Source: Clostridiales bacterium | Lineage (GTDB): Bacteria; Bacillota; Clostridia; Christensenellales; CAG-138 | Reading direction: 5' to 3' | NCBI GenBank assembly: GCA_004557245.1 | Contig: SFEL01000004.1 | Coordinates: forward strand, 10,821 to 74,820 | Length of the DNA stretch: 64,000 bases | Shown here: positions 53,216-63,240 of the stretch, in pieces | Layout of the letters: every line of letters begins with the position of its first letter | Position numbering within the stretch: the stretch's first letter is position 1 | Notes under the pieces: generated by a model | The model's database searches: none | Seen by the model: the letters and a program-made list of their open reading frames with translations, nothing else | Told to the model about the DNA's origin: nothing | Program-made: the position numbers and the translations under genes

Positions 53216-54757
53216 GTGGAAATATGGATCCCCATAGTGATCGGGATCGTTTGTTTAGCTGCGGGTTTCGCAGGTGGATATGTTTACAGGCGCAATATAG
53301 CGGAAGCAAAGATAGCTAACGCAGAAGAAGCAGTTAAAAAAATGATCGGCGACGCCCAGAAGAGGGCTGAGACCATAAAGAAGGAAACGGTTCTTGAAGC
53401 CAAGGAAGAAGCCTACCGCATTAAGAACGAAAATGAAAAGGAACTGAGAGAGAGACGCAACGAGCTGCAGCGCAACGAGCGCAGGCTGCTCCAGCGCGAG
53501 GAAACACTGGATAAAAAAATCGATGGTATAGAGCAGCGCGAGCAGCAGCTCAACCAGAAGATAAAAGAAGCTGAGAACACCGAGGCTTCCATCAAGGAAC
53601 TTTACGATAAGCAGCTCAAGGAGCTGGAGACTATTTCCGGATTGTCTATGGACGAGGCAAGGGAAATACTGCTCAGCAGCGTTGAACGCGATGCCCGCCA
53701 CGATGCGGCGATAATGCTGCGCGATATCGAGGCAAAAACCAAGGAAGAAGCCGATAAGCGCGCCCGCAACATCATTTCTCTTGCGATACAGCGCTGTGCT
53801 GCGGATCACGTGGCTGAGACCACTGTGTCCGTAGTGTCTCTACCCAACGACGAAATGAAGGGACGTATAATTGGCCGCGAGGGCCGCAATATCCGTACCC
53901 TTGAAACCGCGACGGGTGTTGACCTTATAATCGACGATACTCCCGAAGCTGTCATACTTTCAGGCTTCGATCCCGTTCGCCGCGAGGTCGCCCGAATAGC
54001 TCTGGAACGGCTCATAACCGATGGAAGAATACACCCCGGGCGCATAGAGGAAATGGTAGAAAAGGCCCGCCGCGAGGTGGACACGCAAATACGCGAAGCA
54101 GGCGAGCAGGCAATATTCGAGGTGGGCATACACGGACTGCACCATGAACTGATCAAGCTTATCGGCCGTTTGAAGTACCGCACCAGCTACGGACAGAATG
54201 TTCTCAAACATTCTATCGAAGTAGCTCATCTTGCCGGAATGATGGCCTCCGAGTTGGGCGCTAACGTAGCTCTTGCAAAGCGTGCGGGTCTGCTGCACGA
54301 TATAGGCAAGGCGGTAGATCACGAGGTCGAAGGTCCCCATGCCCAGATCGGTGCGGATCTTGCAAAGAAGTACCGCGAGAACAATCAGGTCATACATGCC
54401 ATACAGGCTCACCACGGCGACGTTGAGCCAAGTACCGTGGAAGCTGTACTTGTGCAGGCCGCCGACGCCATATCTGCCGCACGTCCCGGCGCACGGCGTG
54501 AGACACTGGAGAACTACATCAAGCGCCTTGAAAAGCTTGAAGAGATTGCCAACTCATTCGAGGGCGTTGACAAGTCCTTCGCAATTCAGGCCGGACGCGA
54601 GATACGTATACTGGTCAAGCCCGAGAACGTCAACGACGCTGATACAATCATCATGGCAAAGGATATCGTCAAGCGCATAGAGACTGAGCTTGAGTACCCC
54701 GGTCAGATAAAGGTCAACGTAATACGCGAGACCAGAGCGGTCGAATTTGCAAAGTAA
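53216..54757 (+). CDS. rny: ribonuclease Y
   Basis: N-terminal TM helix, coiled coil, KH domain ([12 protein letters not shown]) and HD domain (LLHDIGKA). GTG start follows GGAGGTG. Confidence 0.92.
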   Translation: MEIWIPIVIGIVCLAAGFAGGYVYRRNIAEAKIANAEEAVKKMIGDAQKRAETIKKETVLEAKEEAYRIKNENEKELRERRNELQRNERRLLQREETLDKKIDGIEQREQQLNQKIKEAENTEASIKELYDKQLKELETISGLSMDEAREILLSSVERDARHDAAIMLRDIEAKTKEEADKRARNIISLAIQRCAADHVAETTVSVVSLPNDEMKGRIIGREGRNIRTLETATGVDLIIDDTPEAVILSGFDPVRREVARIALERLITDGRIHPGRIEEMVEKARREVDTQIREAGEQAIFEVGIHGLHHELIKLIGRLKYRTSYGQNVLKHSIEVAHLAGMMASELGANVALAKRAGLLHDIGKAVDHEVEGPHAQIGADLAKKYRENNQVIHAIQAHHGDVEPSTVEAVLVQAADAISAARPGARRETLENYIKRLEKLEEIANSFEGVDKSFAIQAGREIRILVKPENVNDADTIIMAKDIVKRIETELEYPGQIKVNVIRETRAVEFAK

Positions 54758-54821
54758 ACATGAGCATCATAATTAAGGATATGTTCGCATATCCTTAATT
54801 TTTTGAAGAAAAGGAGCAGAT

Positions 54822-55754
54822 ATGTCAAATATACCTGTGGCTGATGCCCATTGCGACTTCCTTTATTATATGACGCAGGACGGCTGGGACATAAACCGTC
54901 CAACACGGAATCAGGCCGTAGCGCTTCCTTATATAAAGCAAGGCGGCGGAAAACTGCTGTTCTTTGCCGCGTGGGTGGATATGGATATGCGCAAGGACTG
55001 CCTGCAGCAGGCGCTGGATATGTTCGATTCATATTTTGCGATGATGGAGGAGAACGACGTCTTTGTGCCCCTCACAAAGGATTACACGCCGGACGGTGAC
55101 AAGATAGCCACCGTGCTTACCGTTGAGGGTGGTGAGTCGCTCAATGCGGCCATAAGCAACGTCAGGCTGTTCCACCGGCTGGGCGTCAGGGCTATGACTC
55201 TAACATGGAATTATTCCAACGAACTCGCTTCACCTGCCATGCGAAGGGCAAACAAGGGACTGACTGGGAGGGGAAGGGAGGTAGTGCGTGAGATGAACCG
55301 TATAGGCATAGCGCTGGACGTATCCCACCTGAGTGACGCTGGAATTGACGAGGCGCTGGAGATATCTCAACGTCCAATATTTGCCTCGCATTCAAATGCC
55401 CGCGCAGTATTCGACCATAAGCGTTCCTTAAAGGACGAACATATTAAAGCGATAGCTGCTCAAAATGGCGTAATTGGGGTAAATTACTATCCGGGGCAGC
55501 TGGTAAAGACAGGTGACGCCTCGGTACGGGAGATAGCGCAGCATATAGCCCACATTGCAGGATTGACCGGTCCGGAGCATGTATGCCTGGGCTCGGATTT
55601 TGACGGCATGAGCGTATACCCACGGGATATGAAAAATTGGAGCGATGTGCCGAATCTTTTCGACGAACTCCAAAGGATAGGATTCTCTGATAAAGAAATA
55701 CGCCGCATAGCGTATGACAACCTGCATGACTATATTATACAGTTTGTGGATTAA
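54822..55754 (+). CDS. M19 family membrane dipeptidase
   Basis: DAHCDFL N-terminus, then the LTWN, SHLSD, ASHSNAR and GSDFDG metal-ligand blocks. Confidence 0.85.
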   Translation: MSNIPVADAHCDFLYYMTQDGWDINRPTRNQAVALPYIKQGGGKLLFFAAWVDMDMRKDCLQQALDMFDSYFAMMEENDVFVPLTKDYTPDGDKIATVLTVEGGESLNAAISNVRLFHRLGVRAMTLTWNYSNELASPAMRRANKGLTGRGREVVREMNRIGIALDVSHLSDAGIDEALEISQRPIFASHSNARAVFDHKRSLKDEHIKAIAAQNGVIGVNYYPGQLVKTGDASVREIAQHIAHIAGLTGPEHVCLGSDFDGMSVYPRDMKNWSDVPNLFDELQRIGFSDKEIRRIAYDNLHDYIIQFVD

Positions 55755-55764
55755 GACAATGAAA

Positions 55765-55794
55765 AATCTCCTCAGGCAAAAGCCTGAGGAGATT
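55765..55794. terminator. bidirectional hairpin shared by the dipeptidase gene and tRNA-Trp
   Basis: Perfect 13-bp stem aatctcctcaggc/gcctgaggagatt with loop aaaa. It abuts the tRNA-Trp 3' end. Confidence 0.65.
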
Positions 55795-55867
55795 GGCAGG
55801 GGCAGAAGGACTCGAACCCTCAACAAAGGTTTTGGAGACCCACGTGTTACCATTACACCATGCCCCT
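55794..55867 (-). tRNA. tRNA-Trp (anticodon CCA), CCA-encoded
   Basis: Hand fold of the reverse complement: acceptor AGGGGCA/TGCCCCT, D-arm GTGT-AATGGTA-ACAC, anticodon loop CTCCAAA, T-arm GAGGG-TTCGAGT-CCTTC, then G-CCA, 74 nt. Confidence 0.8.
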
Positions 55868-55886
55868 TCGGTGTGAAACCTTGATG

Positions 55887-55916
55887 ATTATAACACCGAT
55901 ATGGTGATAATGTCAA
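55887..55916 (-). promoter_or_regulatory. sigma-A promoter of tRNA-Trp
   Basis: Minus strand: TTGACA (55911-55916), 18 nt, TATAAT (55887-55892), about 20 nt upstream of the tRNA 5' end. Confidence 0.55.
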
Positions 55917-55938
55917 CTTTATTTTTAGGGAGGATACA

Positions 55939-56397
55939 TTGAAGAAGGTCGTTATATATACCGACGGTGCGTGTAGCGGCAATCCAGGCCCGGGTGGCTG
56001 GGGCGCGGTTCTCATGTATGGGCAATTCAAAAAGGAGATTTCGGGCGGGGAAAAAATGACTACGAACAATCGCATGGAGCTTATGGCGGCCATATCTGCA
56101 CTGAGTGCCTTGAAAGAGCCCTGTGAAGTAGATTTATTTACCGATAGCGCCTATCTTTGCCGGGCATTTTCCGAGAACTGGGTGACTAACTGGCAGCGCA
56201 ACGGCTGGAAAACCAGCGGCAAAAAGGAAGTGGAAAACCGTGACCTGTGGGAGCTGCTTATTGCACATACACACAAACACAGCATCAGCTGGCACAAGGT
56301 AAAGGGCCATAGCGACAACGCCTACAACAATCGATGCGACGAGCTTGCGCGGGGCGCTATTGCAGGTTGTAAAGCGAAGCAAAATGGTGTAAAATAA
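55939..56397 (+). CDS. rnhA: ribonuclease HI
   Basis: [22 protein letters not shown]...TNNRMEL...DSAY...[18 protein letters not shown] start follows GGGAGGA. Confidence 0.9.
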   Translation: MKKVVIYTDGACSGNPGPGGWGAVLMYGQFKKEISGGEKMTTNNRMELMAAISALSALKEPCEVDLFTDSAYLCRAFSENWVTNWQRNGWKTSGKKEVENRDLWELLIAHTHKHSISWHKVKGHSDNAYNNRCDELARGAIAGCKAKQNGVK

Positions 56398-56440
56398 ATA
56401 TGTTTGTATAAACCTATCAAATTTTCAGGAGAGAGATAAT

Positions 56441-57379
56441 ATGAAAAAGATAGTTATCGCACTTGGCGGAAACGCCCTTCAGGAAGCGGGCAAGCCTGCA
56501 ACGGCAGAGGCTCAGCTTGAAGTAGTCGAAAAGACCTCCGAGTATATCGCGGACATAATAGGCGAGGGATATAAGGTCATTATTGCCCACGGAAACGGCC
56601 CTCAGGTAGGCCGCATAGTGCTCCAGAACGAGTATGCCACCCCTGTAAGCCCGGCAATGCCCTTTGATGTATGCGGCGCTATGAGCCAGGGCTATATAGG
56701 ATACCACATTCAGCAGGGCCTTACAAAGGTACTGCGTTCACGCGGAAACAAGTCCGAGGTGGCTACTGTGGTAACTCAGGTGCTGGTAGACAGGAACGAT
56801 CCCAAGTTCAAAAACCCCTCCAAGCCTATAGGCCCATTCTATACCGAGGAAGAAGCCAAGAAGATAGCCGACGAGAAGGGCTATGTAATGAAGGAAGACG
56901 CGGGCCGCGGCTGGAGGCGAGTAGTTGCGTCCCCAATGCCCGTTGAGATAGAGGAGCTCAGTGCAGTAAAATGCCTGGTTGACAACGGCTTCGTAGTCGT
57001 CACCGTAGGCGGAGGCGGTATCCCTGTAATACGCAACGATAAGGGTGAGCTGGAAGGCACAGCCGCCGTTATAGATAAGGATCTTGCAAGCGAGAAGCTG
57101 GCGGAGGATCTGGATGCCGATGCTCTGGTTATACTTACCGCTGTAGAAAAGGTAAGCATCAACTACAAGAAACCCGACCAGAAGGATCTGGATAAGCTTA
57201 CCGTATCGGAAGCCAGGAAGTACATGGCCGAAGGCCAGTTCGCCCCCGGCTCTATGCTGCCCAAGGTAGAGGCTGCTGTTAAGTTCGTGGAGAGCAAGCC
57301 CGGCAGGATAACCATAATCACCAGCCTTGATAAGGCGGTAGAGGCTCTTGACGGCAAGGCCGGAACTACCATAGCATAA
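56441..57379 (+). CDS. arcC: carbamate kinase
   Basis: MKKIVIALGGNAL...IAHGNGPQVG...GGGGIPV are typical amino-acid-kinase/carbamate kinase blocks. Confidence 0.88.
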   Translation: MKKIVIALGGNALQEAGKPATAEAQLEVVEKTSEYIADIIGEGYKVIIAHGNGPQVGRIVLQNEYATPVSPAMPFDVCGAMSQGYIGYHIQQGLTKVLRSRGNKSEVATVVTQVLVDRNDPKFKNPSKPIGPFYTEEEAKKIADEKGYVMKEDAGRGWRRVVASPMPVEIEELSAVKCLVDNGFVVVTVGGGGIPVIRNDKGELEGTAAVIDKDLASEKLAEDLDADALVILTAVEKVSINYKKPDQKDLDKLTVSEARKYMAEGQFAPGSMLPKVEAAVKFVESKPGRITIITSLDKAVEALDGKAGTTIA

Positions 57380-57459
57380 GAATAACTATTGAAATACTTT
57401 GATTCGGGGTATATAATCTAAGTCAGATTTATACTTTGAAACAAAGGAGAGGATTTTCT

Positions 57460-58737
57460 ATGACATCTCTTAAGCAGATGGATCGCGCAGAACTTCAGAT
57501 GTTTTATGAAGCGGCACTGAAAGAATACGAGAGCTGCAAGGCCAAGGGCCTAAAGCTGGATATGTCCCGCGGCAAGCCCTCAAGGGCCCAGGTGGCTCTC
57601 TCAAACGATATGCTTAATATCGACGTTGTATCCAACGCTGTTACAGACGGCATAGACGCCTTTAATTACGGCGGGCTGGACGGTCTGCCGATATGCAGGA
57701 GATTTTTTGCCGATACTCTGGGAGTAAAGCCCGAGCAGGTATTTGTAGGCGGCAACGCCAGCCTTCAGCTTATGTACGATACCATAGCAAAGGCTTATAC
57801 CCACGGCCTGCTGCATTCCGAAAAGCCATGGTCAAAGCTGGACAAGATAAAGTGGCTTTGCCCGGCGCCCGGCTATGACCGCCACTTCAAGGTCACCCAG
57901 GCCTTCGGCATGGAGCTTATAACGGTTCCCATGAACGACGACGGCCCAGACATGGACATGGTAGAGGAGGTCGTAAAGGATCCTGCCGTAAAGGGTATGT
58001 GGTGCGTGCCTAAGTATTCCAATCCCGACGGCATAGTATACAGCGACGAGGTCATCGACCGCATAGCGCATCTTAAGCCGGCGGCGGCGGACTTCCTGCT
58101 CATGTGGGACAACGCCTACTGTATCCACGAGTTTGACGGAGAATTCCGCCCCTTCAGGGATATTCTGACGCTGTGCAGCGAGGCCGGCAATCCGGATATG
58201 GTATTTGAATTCGCTTCCACGTCCAAGATAACCTTCCCAGGAAGCGGTGTTGCGTGCTTTGCGTGCAGCAAGGCGAATATGGCGTACATGAAGAAGCTGA
58301 TATCCGCCCAGACCATCAGCTTTGATAAGATAAACCAACTGCGCCATGCGCTGTTTTTGAAGGATAGGGCAACCGCCTTGGTGCACATGAAGAAGCACGC
58401 CGAGTTCCTCAAGCCCAAGTTCGACATAGTCCTCGAATATCTTGAGCGCGAAATAAAGCCTTTGGACATAGGCAGATGGCATACGCCTAAGGGCGGCTAT
58501 TTTGTCAGCTTTTTCACAATTCCGGGCTGCGCCAAGCGCACCAACCAGCTCGCCAAGGAGGCCGGAGTGGTCATGACAGCTGCAGGTGCAACGTATCCTT
58601 ACGGTATAGATCCCGAGGATTCAAATCTGCGCATAGCGCCGAGCTATCCGCCTGTAGAAGAACTCAAGGAAGCAATGTCGGTGTTTTGCACATGTGTAAA
58701 GCTGGCTGCTGCTGAGAAGCTGCTGGCGGAAAAGTGA
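57460..58737 (+). CDS. class I/II-fold PLP-dependent aminotransferase (aspartate aminotransferase-like)
   Basis: LDMSRGKPS N-terminal block and STSKITFPGSGV (PLP-lysine context). ATG at 57460 follows AAAGGAGAGG. Confidence 0.78.
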   Translation: MTSLKQMDRAELQMFYEAALKEYESCKAKGLKLDMSRGKPSRAQVALSNDMLNIDVVSNAVTDGIDAFNYGGLDGLPICRRFFADTLGVKPEQVFVGGNASLQLMYDTIAKAYTHGLLHSEKPWSKLDKIKWLCPAPGYDRHFKVTQAFGMELITVPMNDDGPDMDMVEEVVKDPAVKGMWCVPKYSNPDGIVYSDEVIDRIAHLKPAAADFLLMWDNAYCIHEFDGEFRPFRDILTLCSEAGNPDMVFEFASTSKITFPGSGVACFACSKANMAYMKKLISAQTISFDKINQLRHALFLKDRATALVHMKKHAEFLKPKFDIVLEYLEREIKPLDIGRWHTPKGGYFVSFFTIPGCAKRTNQLAKEAGVVMTAAGATYPYGIDPEDSNLRIAPSYPPVEELKEAMSVFCTCVKLAAAEKLLAEK

Positions 58738-58952
58738 TGTAAAAATTAAGACGATTAAACAGCCACAGTAGCTGCTCTGCTGTGGCTGTTCTTATGCTTT
58801 ATTCTGTCGTATGATAGTATAAGACAAAACAGAAAATCGGAATTAGCATACAGGGCAGCAATGTCTAATTGAAGCAATGCGGCATTTCTCGCTTTGTGTC
58901 GTGTTGAGATGAAAAAGCCGGTGCTATACTAACGGCGAAAGGAGGGTATCTG

Positions 58953-59636
58953 ATGGATCAGATCAAGATAGGAATATTTCTGAAAGAGCTCCGAAAAGAA
59001 AAAAAACTGACGCAGGAGCAGTTGGCAGAGAAGTTAAATGTATCCGGCAGGACGGTATCTCGTTGGGAAACGGGAAGCAATATGCCTGATATCGGTATGC
59101 TGGTCGAGATGGCTGATTTTTTTGATGTGAGCATACCTGAAATCGTTAGCGGAGAAAGGAAAAGCGAGAATATGAATAAAGAAACGAGAGATACTGCCGT
59201 AGCCATGGCAGAGTACGGTCGAAATGCCGTAAAGAAAGGAAAGCAAAAAGCAATTGGTATTCTGATGTCGGCATTCGGCATATTCATCATTGTGTCGGCG
59301 TTGTCAATATTTCCAAGTGATAGCAGTTGGGGAAGCATTTACTCGGTTTTGGGAAGTATTTTTCTGGTTGCCGGCATATATCTCATTATCAGGCCGGTGG
59401 TGGCTAAACGAGGCTTGCGCATACTGACGGTCCTCGGATGCGTTTGCCTGTTATTTGGAGCTTTTGCGCTATCCGATTATATTGCGGTTAAGCAGTTCAG
59501 CCAGGTGCCAAGGTTCCGGTATGCGACAAGTTATGATTCACGGTATCCTGATCAATTAGTACATAAAACCATATTTTTTACAGCGGTTCAGAAAAATCCC
59601 GGAACAGAGAATGAGAAAGTCTTTATTGTAAAATAA
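58953..59636 (+). CDS. XRE-family HTH regulator with C-terminal transmembrane domain
   Basis: IGIFLKELRKEKKLTQEQLAEKLNVSGRTVSRWETG is an HTH_3 domain. About 3 TM helices follow. Confidence 0.8.
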   Translation: MDQIKIGIFLKELRKEKKLTQEQLAEKLNVSGRTVSRWETGSNMPDIGMLVEMADFFDVSIPEIVSGERKSENMNKETRDTAVAMAEYGRNAVKKGKQKAIGILMSAFGIFIIVSALSIFPSDSSWGSIYSVLGSIFLVAGIYLIIRPVVAKRGLRILTVLGCVCLLFGAFALSDYIAVKQFSQVPRFRYATSYDSRYPDQLVHKTIFFTAVQKNPGTENEKVFIVK

Positions 59637-59781
59637 GTTTTTATGAGGTAATGCGGATTCCAGTGCAGTTATACCTTAAATAATATCTTTTTTACTACTA
59701 ACTATTCGTTAAACTTGTGTTTAACGAATAGTTAGGTGTATAATATAGATGTATAAAAAGAGATATTGGAGGGACTTCCCT

Positions 59782-60828
59782 ATGGGAGAAAATTATGCCG
59801 GGAGCCAATATATAGCATATACTACGAAAATCAGAGCTGTTTTAAAGGAACTGCCGAGCTTTGCGGGAGATTTTTTCCGCGGCATAGAAAACGATACGCT
59901 GGTGCGTACAAGATACGCCTATGCGGTGGATATGCGGACATTCTTCAAATATCTGGTGCTGCAGCCGGAGTTTTCAGATAAGGCCATTACCGAGCTCACC
60001 CTTGCCGACCTTGACCGTGTCACGACTTCTACTGTTGAGGATTTCTTGAGCTATGTTTCATATTATACTGATGACGGCGACCACGAGCAGATAAATGGTG
60101 AGCGTGCCAAGGCGCGAAAGCTTTCCACCCTTCGTGCCTTCTATAAGTATTTTTATCGGAAGGAACGGATAAAGAACAATCCCCCCTCCCTCGTCGACCA
60201 GCCTTCCATACATGATAAGTCCATAATACGCCTTGAACCTGACGAGGTTGCGCGGCTGCTGGACGCAGTACAGTCGGGCGAAGGGCTGACTGAAAAGGAA
60301 AAGCAGTACCATAAGCGCACGCAGGCCCGAGATCTGGCCATACTTACGCTATTTTTAGGTACAGGCATACGAATCAGCGAGCTTGTCGGTATCAATATGG
60401 AAGATATCAATTTCTCAGCTAACGAATTTTCCGTTACACGCAAGGGCGGCAATCAGGACATATTGGTATTTGGCGACGAGGCTCGCTTTGCCCTGCTCAA
60501 CTACATGCTGGAGCGTGAGCAGGTTGACGCCTGCCCAGGCCATGAGGACGCGCTGTTTCTCTCGCTGCAAAAGAAGCGAATAACCGTTCGCGCTGTGGAA
60601 AATCTGGTGCACAAGTACGCCGTCATAGTAACGCCACAAAAGAAAATATCCCCTCACAAGCTCAGGAGCACCTACGGCACAAACCTTTACCGCGAAACCG
60701 GGGATATATATCTTGTGGCCGACGTATTAGGCCATAAGGATGTGAACACCACCAGAAAGCACTACGCTGCGGTATCTCAGGATAACCGCCGCCTCGCAGC
60801 AAAGGTGGTAAAGCTCAGGGACGATTAA
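59782..60828 (+). CDS. tyrosine-type site-specific recombinase (Xer/integrase family)
   Basis: Catalytic signature: R (GIRISE), HKLRSTY, LGHKDVNTTRKHY. ATG at 59782 lies 8 nt after GGAGGG. The track ATG at 59749 sits only 5 nt after the -10 box and is probably not transcribed. Confidence 0.85.
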   Translation: MGENYAGSQYIAYTTKIRAVLKELPSFAGDFFRGIENDTLVRTRYAYAVDMRTFFKYLVLQPEFSDKAITELTLADLDRVTTSTVEDFLSYVSYYTDDGDHEQINGERAKARKLSTLRAFYKYFYRKERIKNNPPSLVDQPSIHDKSIIRLEPDEVARLLDAVQSGEGLTEKEKQYHKRTQARDLAILTLFLGTGIRISELVGINMEDINFSANEFSVTRKGGNQDILVFGDEARFALLNYMLEREQVDACPGHEDALFLSLQKKRITVRAVENLVHKYAVIVTPQKKISPHKLRSTYGTNLYRETGDIYLVADVLGHKDVNTTRKHYAAVSQDNRRLAAKVVKLRDD

Positions 60829-61169
60829 CGCTTCTTTCTTACGCCCTTGAGGCCCTGTATCTTTTGCTGTGCGTCCTCTATTTCAGCGGCGCGGAGCTTC
60901 TGTTCCCATTCTGCCATGAGCTTAGGGTCTACGTCCAGTGGCGCAACGTTGTGCGGGTCAAAGGAATATTCATCATCGTCGTCAAACAGATCGTCGTCAA
61001 AGGGCAGTTCCATTATCTCGTCAAGGGTGGATATGCTGTCCGTGAGCTCAATCTGAAAATCCTCATAGTCCTTGCCGCTATCTATGCACTTGCAGCAGTT
61101 GTCGCATATCTTGGTGGGATCCAGGTCGCAGTAGTCAAGTTCTGTACCCCGTTCTTTTTCGTCCTGCAT
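60825..61169 (-). CDS. hypothetical highly acidic protein with N-terminal Cys cluster, divergent from lexA
   Basis: 114 aa with a GGAGG RBS. Cys cluster YCDLDPTKICDNCCKCIDSG, long D/E tracts and a basic tail GVRKKR. No family recognised. Confidence 0.55.
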   Translation of the reverse strand: MQDEKERGTELDYCDLDPTKICDNCCKCIDSGKDYEDFQIELTDSISTLDEIMELPFDDDLFDDDDEYSFDPHNVAPLDVDPKLMAEWEQKLRAAEIEDAQQKIQGLKGVRKKR

Positions 61170-61205
61170 AAAACCTCCGCTTTATTCTACGCTGAATGCT
61201 GCACA

Positions 61206-61217
61206 GAACGTTTGTTT
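61206..61217. promoter_or_regulatory. candidate LexA (Cheo-type) operator in the lexA divergent promoter region
   Basis: GAACGTTTGTTT follows the GAAC-N4-GTTY core. It lies immediately upstream of and abutting the lexA -35 (TTGCAA 61219-61224, 17 nt, TATAAT 61243-61248). Confidence 0.45.
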
Positions 61218-61335
61218 GTTGCAAACATTTGTGCGCCATGCTATAATTTAGAAAAATATTGTGTAATGCCCAAAAGCATTGCCTTATATCGATATTATAC
61301 CACGTTCATACGGTTTAATGGAGGAATATTATAAA

Positions 61336-61956
61336 ATGAAGGAACTTACCCGCCAGCAGCAGGCAGTATATGACTTTGTAAAGAGCTATATCGAAGAAAA
61401 GTCCTATCCTCCTACAATACGCGAAATAGGCGCGGCGGTGGGCCTGAGCTCAACTTCTACCGTCCATTCACACGTCAAGACGCTTATAGATAAGGGATAT
61501 CTCGTTTCCAGCCCATCAACTCAGCGGACTATCGCCTTGGCCATGCCCGAGAATAAACAGCGCCACGTCATGGACGTGCCATGCGTGGGCACGGTCGCCG
61601 CAGGCACACCCATACTTGCCTTTGATGACGTAACCGAAAGTCTGCCTCTCCCCACCTCTTTGCTTCACGGGGCGAAGAAGGGCGAAGCTTTCATACTTGA
61701 AGTAAAGGGCGAGAGCATGATAGAGGCCGGCATAAACAGCGGCGACATGATAGTTGTAAACAGCGGCCTTGGCGCGGAAAACGGAGATATAGTAGTTGCA
61801 CGTGTATGCGGCGATACCGCCACGGTAAAGCGCATATTCTATGAGAAGCCAAAGATAAGGCTCCAGCCGGAAAACTCAGGCATGGAGCCCATATATGCGG
61901 ATTATGATAATGTTGAGGTATTAGGCAGGGTAGTCGCTCTTCTCAGACGCTACTAA
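61336..61956 (+). CDS. lexA: transcriptional repressor LexA
   Basis: LTRQQQAVYDFVKSYIEEKSYPPTIREIG winged HTH, an Ala-Gly cleavage site (VAAGTPI), and S24 peptidase catalytic Ser (GESM) and Lys (ATVKR). Confidence 0.92.
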   Translation: MKELTRQQQAVYDFVKSYIEEKSYPPTIREIGAAVGLSSTSTVHSHVKTLIDKGYLVSSPSTQRTIALAMPENKQRHVMDVPCVGTVAAGTPILAFDDVTESLPLPTSLLHGAKKGEAFILEVKGESMIEAGINSGDMIVVNSGLGAENGDIVVARVCGDTATVKRIFYEKPKIRLQPENSGMEPIYADYDNVEVLGRVVALLRRY

Positions 61957-61962
61957 GGTTTA

Positions 61963-63240
61963 TTATATGCTTACCTCGCCGTTTTTGATAAGATCGTCCA
62001 ATGCCAGCATAACGCCTATACGTCCGTGGGCGTAGGTCAGACCGCCCTGTACATAGGCCGTATAAGGCTCCACTATTGGCGCGTCAGCGCTGAGCTCGAT
62101 AGATGATCCCTGTACGAAGGCGCCTGCCGCCATTATTACCTGGCTGGTATAGCCGGGCATATCCCACGGTTCCGGCTGGACAAAGCTGTCCACTGGAGCC
62201 GCTTTTTGTATGCTGCGGCAGAAGGAAATCAGCGCATCTGCGGTATTAAAGCGCAGAGACTGGACTATATCGGAACGCACTGCATCGCTCCTGGGCATGC
62301 TTATCATGCCTACGCTCTCGAACACCTTGGCGAATAGCACGGCGTTTTTCAGCGCCTGTGCCGTCACGTGGGGCGACAGGAATATACCCTGGAAGAACGG
62401 TGCGTAGCTGCCGTAATAGGAGCCCACTTCCCTGCCCATTCCGGGCACTGTCAACCGCATCTCGATGCGTTCCAAGGCCTTCTTTGAACCTGCTATATAG
62501 CCGCCGGTAGGTGCTATGCCGCTGCCGATGTTCTTTATAAGAGAGCCTATCATTACATCAGCGCTGTAATAGGCCGGCTCATGGGGTCGAGTGAACTCAC
62601 CGTAGCAGTTGTCCACTACGACAAACGCATTTGGGGCAAGCTTTTTCGCCATATCGAACACCGGCGCCATCTCTTCCGGCGTCAGCGCGTTGCGCCAGGA
62701 GTAGCCGCGGGAACGCTGGAAGTATATCACCTTTTCGCTGCCGGTAATGGCTGCTTTCGCGGCATCAATATCTATATGTCCGTCGGCGGTCAGATCCACC
62801 TGACGGTATATGACGCCCATGCGCTTTAATGAACAGTATTCATCGCCGCTTATGCCTATGGCCTTCTCCAGCGTGTCGTATGGCTTGCCCGTAAGGGAAA
62901 GCATTACGTCCCCGGGCTCCAGCAGGCCTGACAGCGCCGTGAATATCGCCTGCGTACCAGAGGATATCTGTGGGCGAACCAGCGCGTCCTCCGCCTCCAG
63001 AGCACAAGCAAATACCGCGCCAAGTGCCTCGCGGCCTATGTCGTCATAGCCGTAGCCGCTGGTGGGCGCAAAGTGCCTCAGCGCTATACAGTTGTCCTGA
63101 AATGCCTTGAGTACCCTCGCCTGTGTGTATGCCTCATTCGCCTCTATACCTTCATATATATTTCCGAGAGAATTTTCGCAGGATTTTACAAAATCATAGG
63201 TTTTCTGCGATATTCCGAGCAGTTTAAGTTCCGGATTCAT
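61963..63240 (-). CDS. YnbB / 'aluminium resistance' family PLP-dependent Cys/Met-metabolism-like protein
   Basis: 425 aa. FAPTSGYGYDDIGRE and GSLIKNIGSGIAPTGGYIAG blocks are typical of this family. Confidence 0.8.
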   Translation of the reverse strand: MNPELKLLGISQKTYDFVKSCENSLGNIYEGIEANEAYTQARVLKAFQDNCIALRHFAPTSGYGYDDIGREALGAVFACALEAEDALVRPQISSGTQAIFTALSGLLEPGDVMLSLTGKPYDTLEKAIGISGDEYCSLKRMGVIYRQVDLTADGHIDIDAAKAAITGSEKVIYFQRSRGYSWRNALTPEEMAPVFDMAKKLAPNAFVVVDNCYGEFTRPHEPAYYSADVMIGSLIKNIGSGIAPTGGYIAGSKKALERIEMRLTVPGMGREVGSYYGSYAPFFQGIFLSPHVTAQALKNAVLFAKVFESVGMISMPRSDAVRSDIVQSLRFNTADALISFCRSIQKAAPVDSFVQPEPWDMPGYTSQVIMAAGAFVQGSSIELSADAPIVEPYTAYVQGGLTYAHGRIGVMLALDDLIKNGEVSI

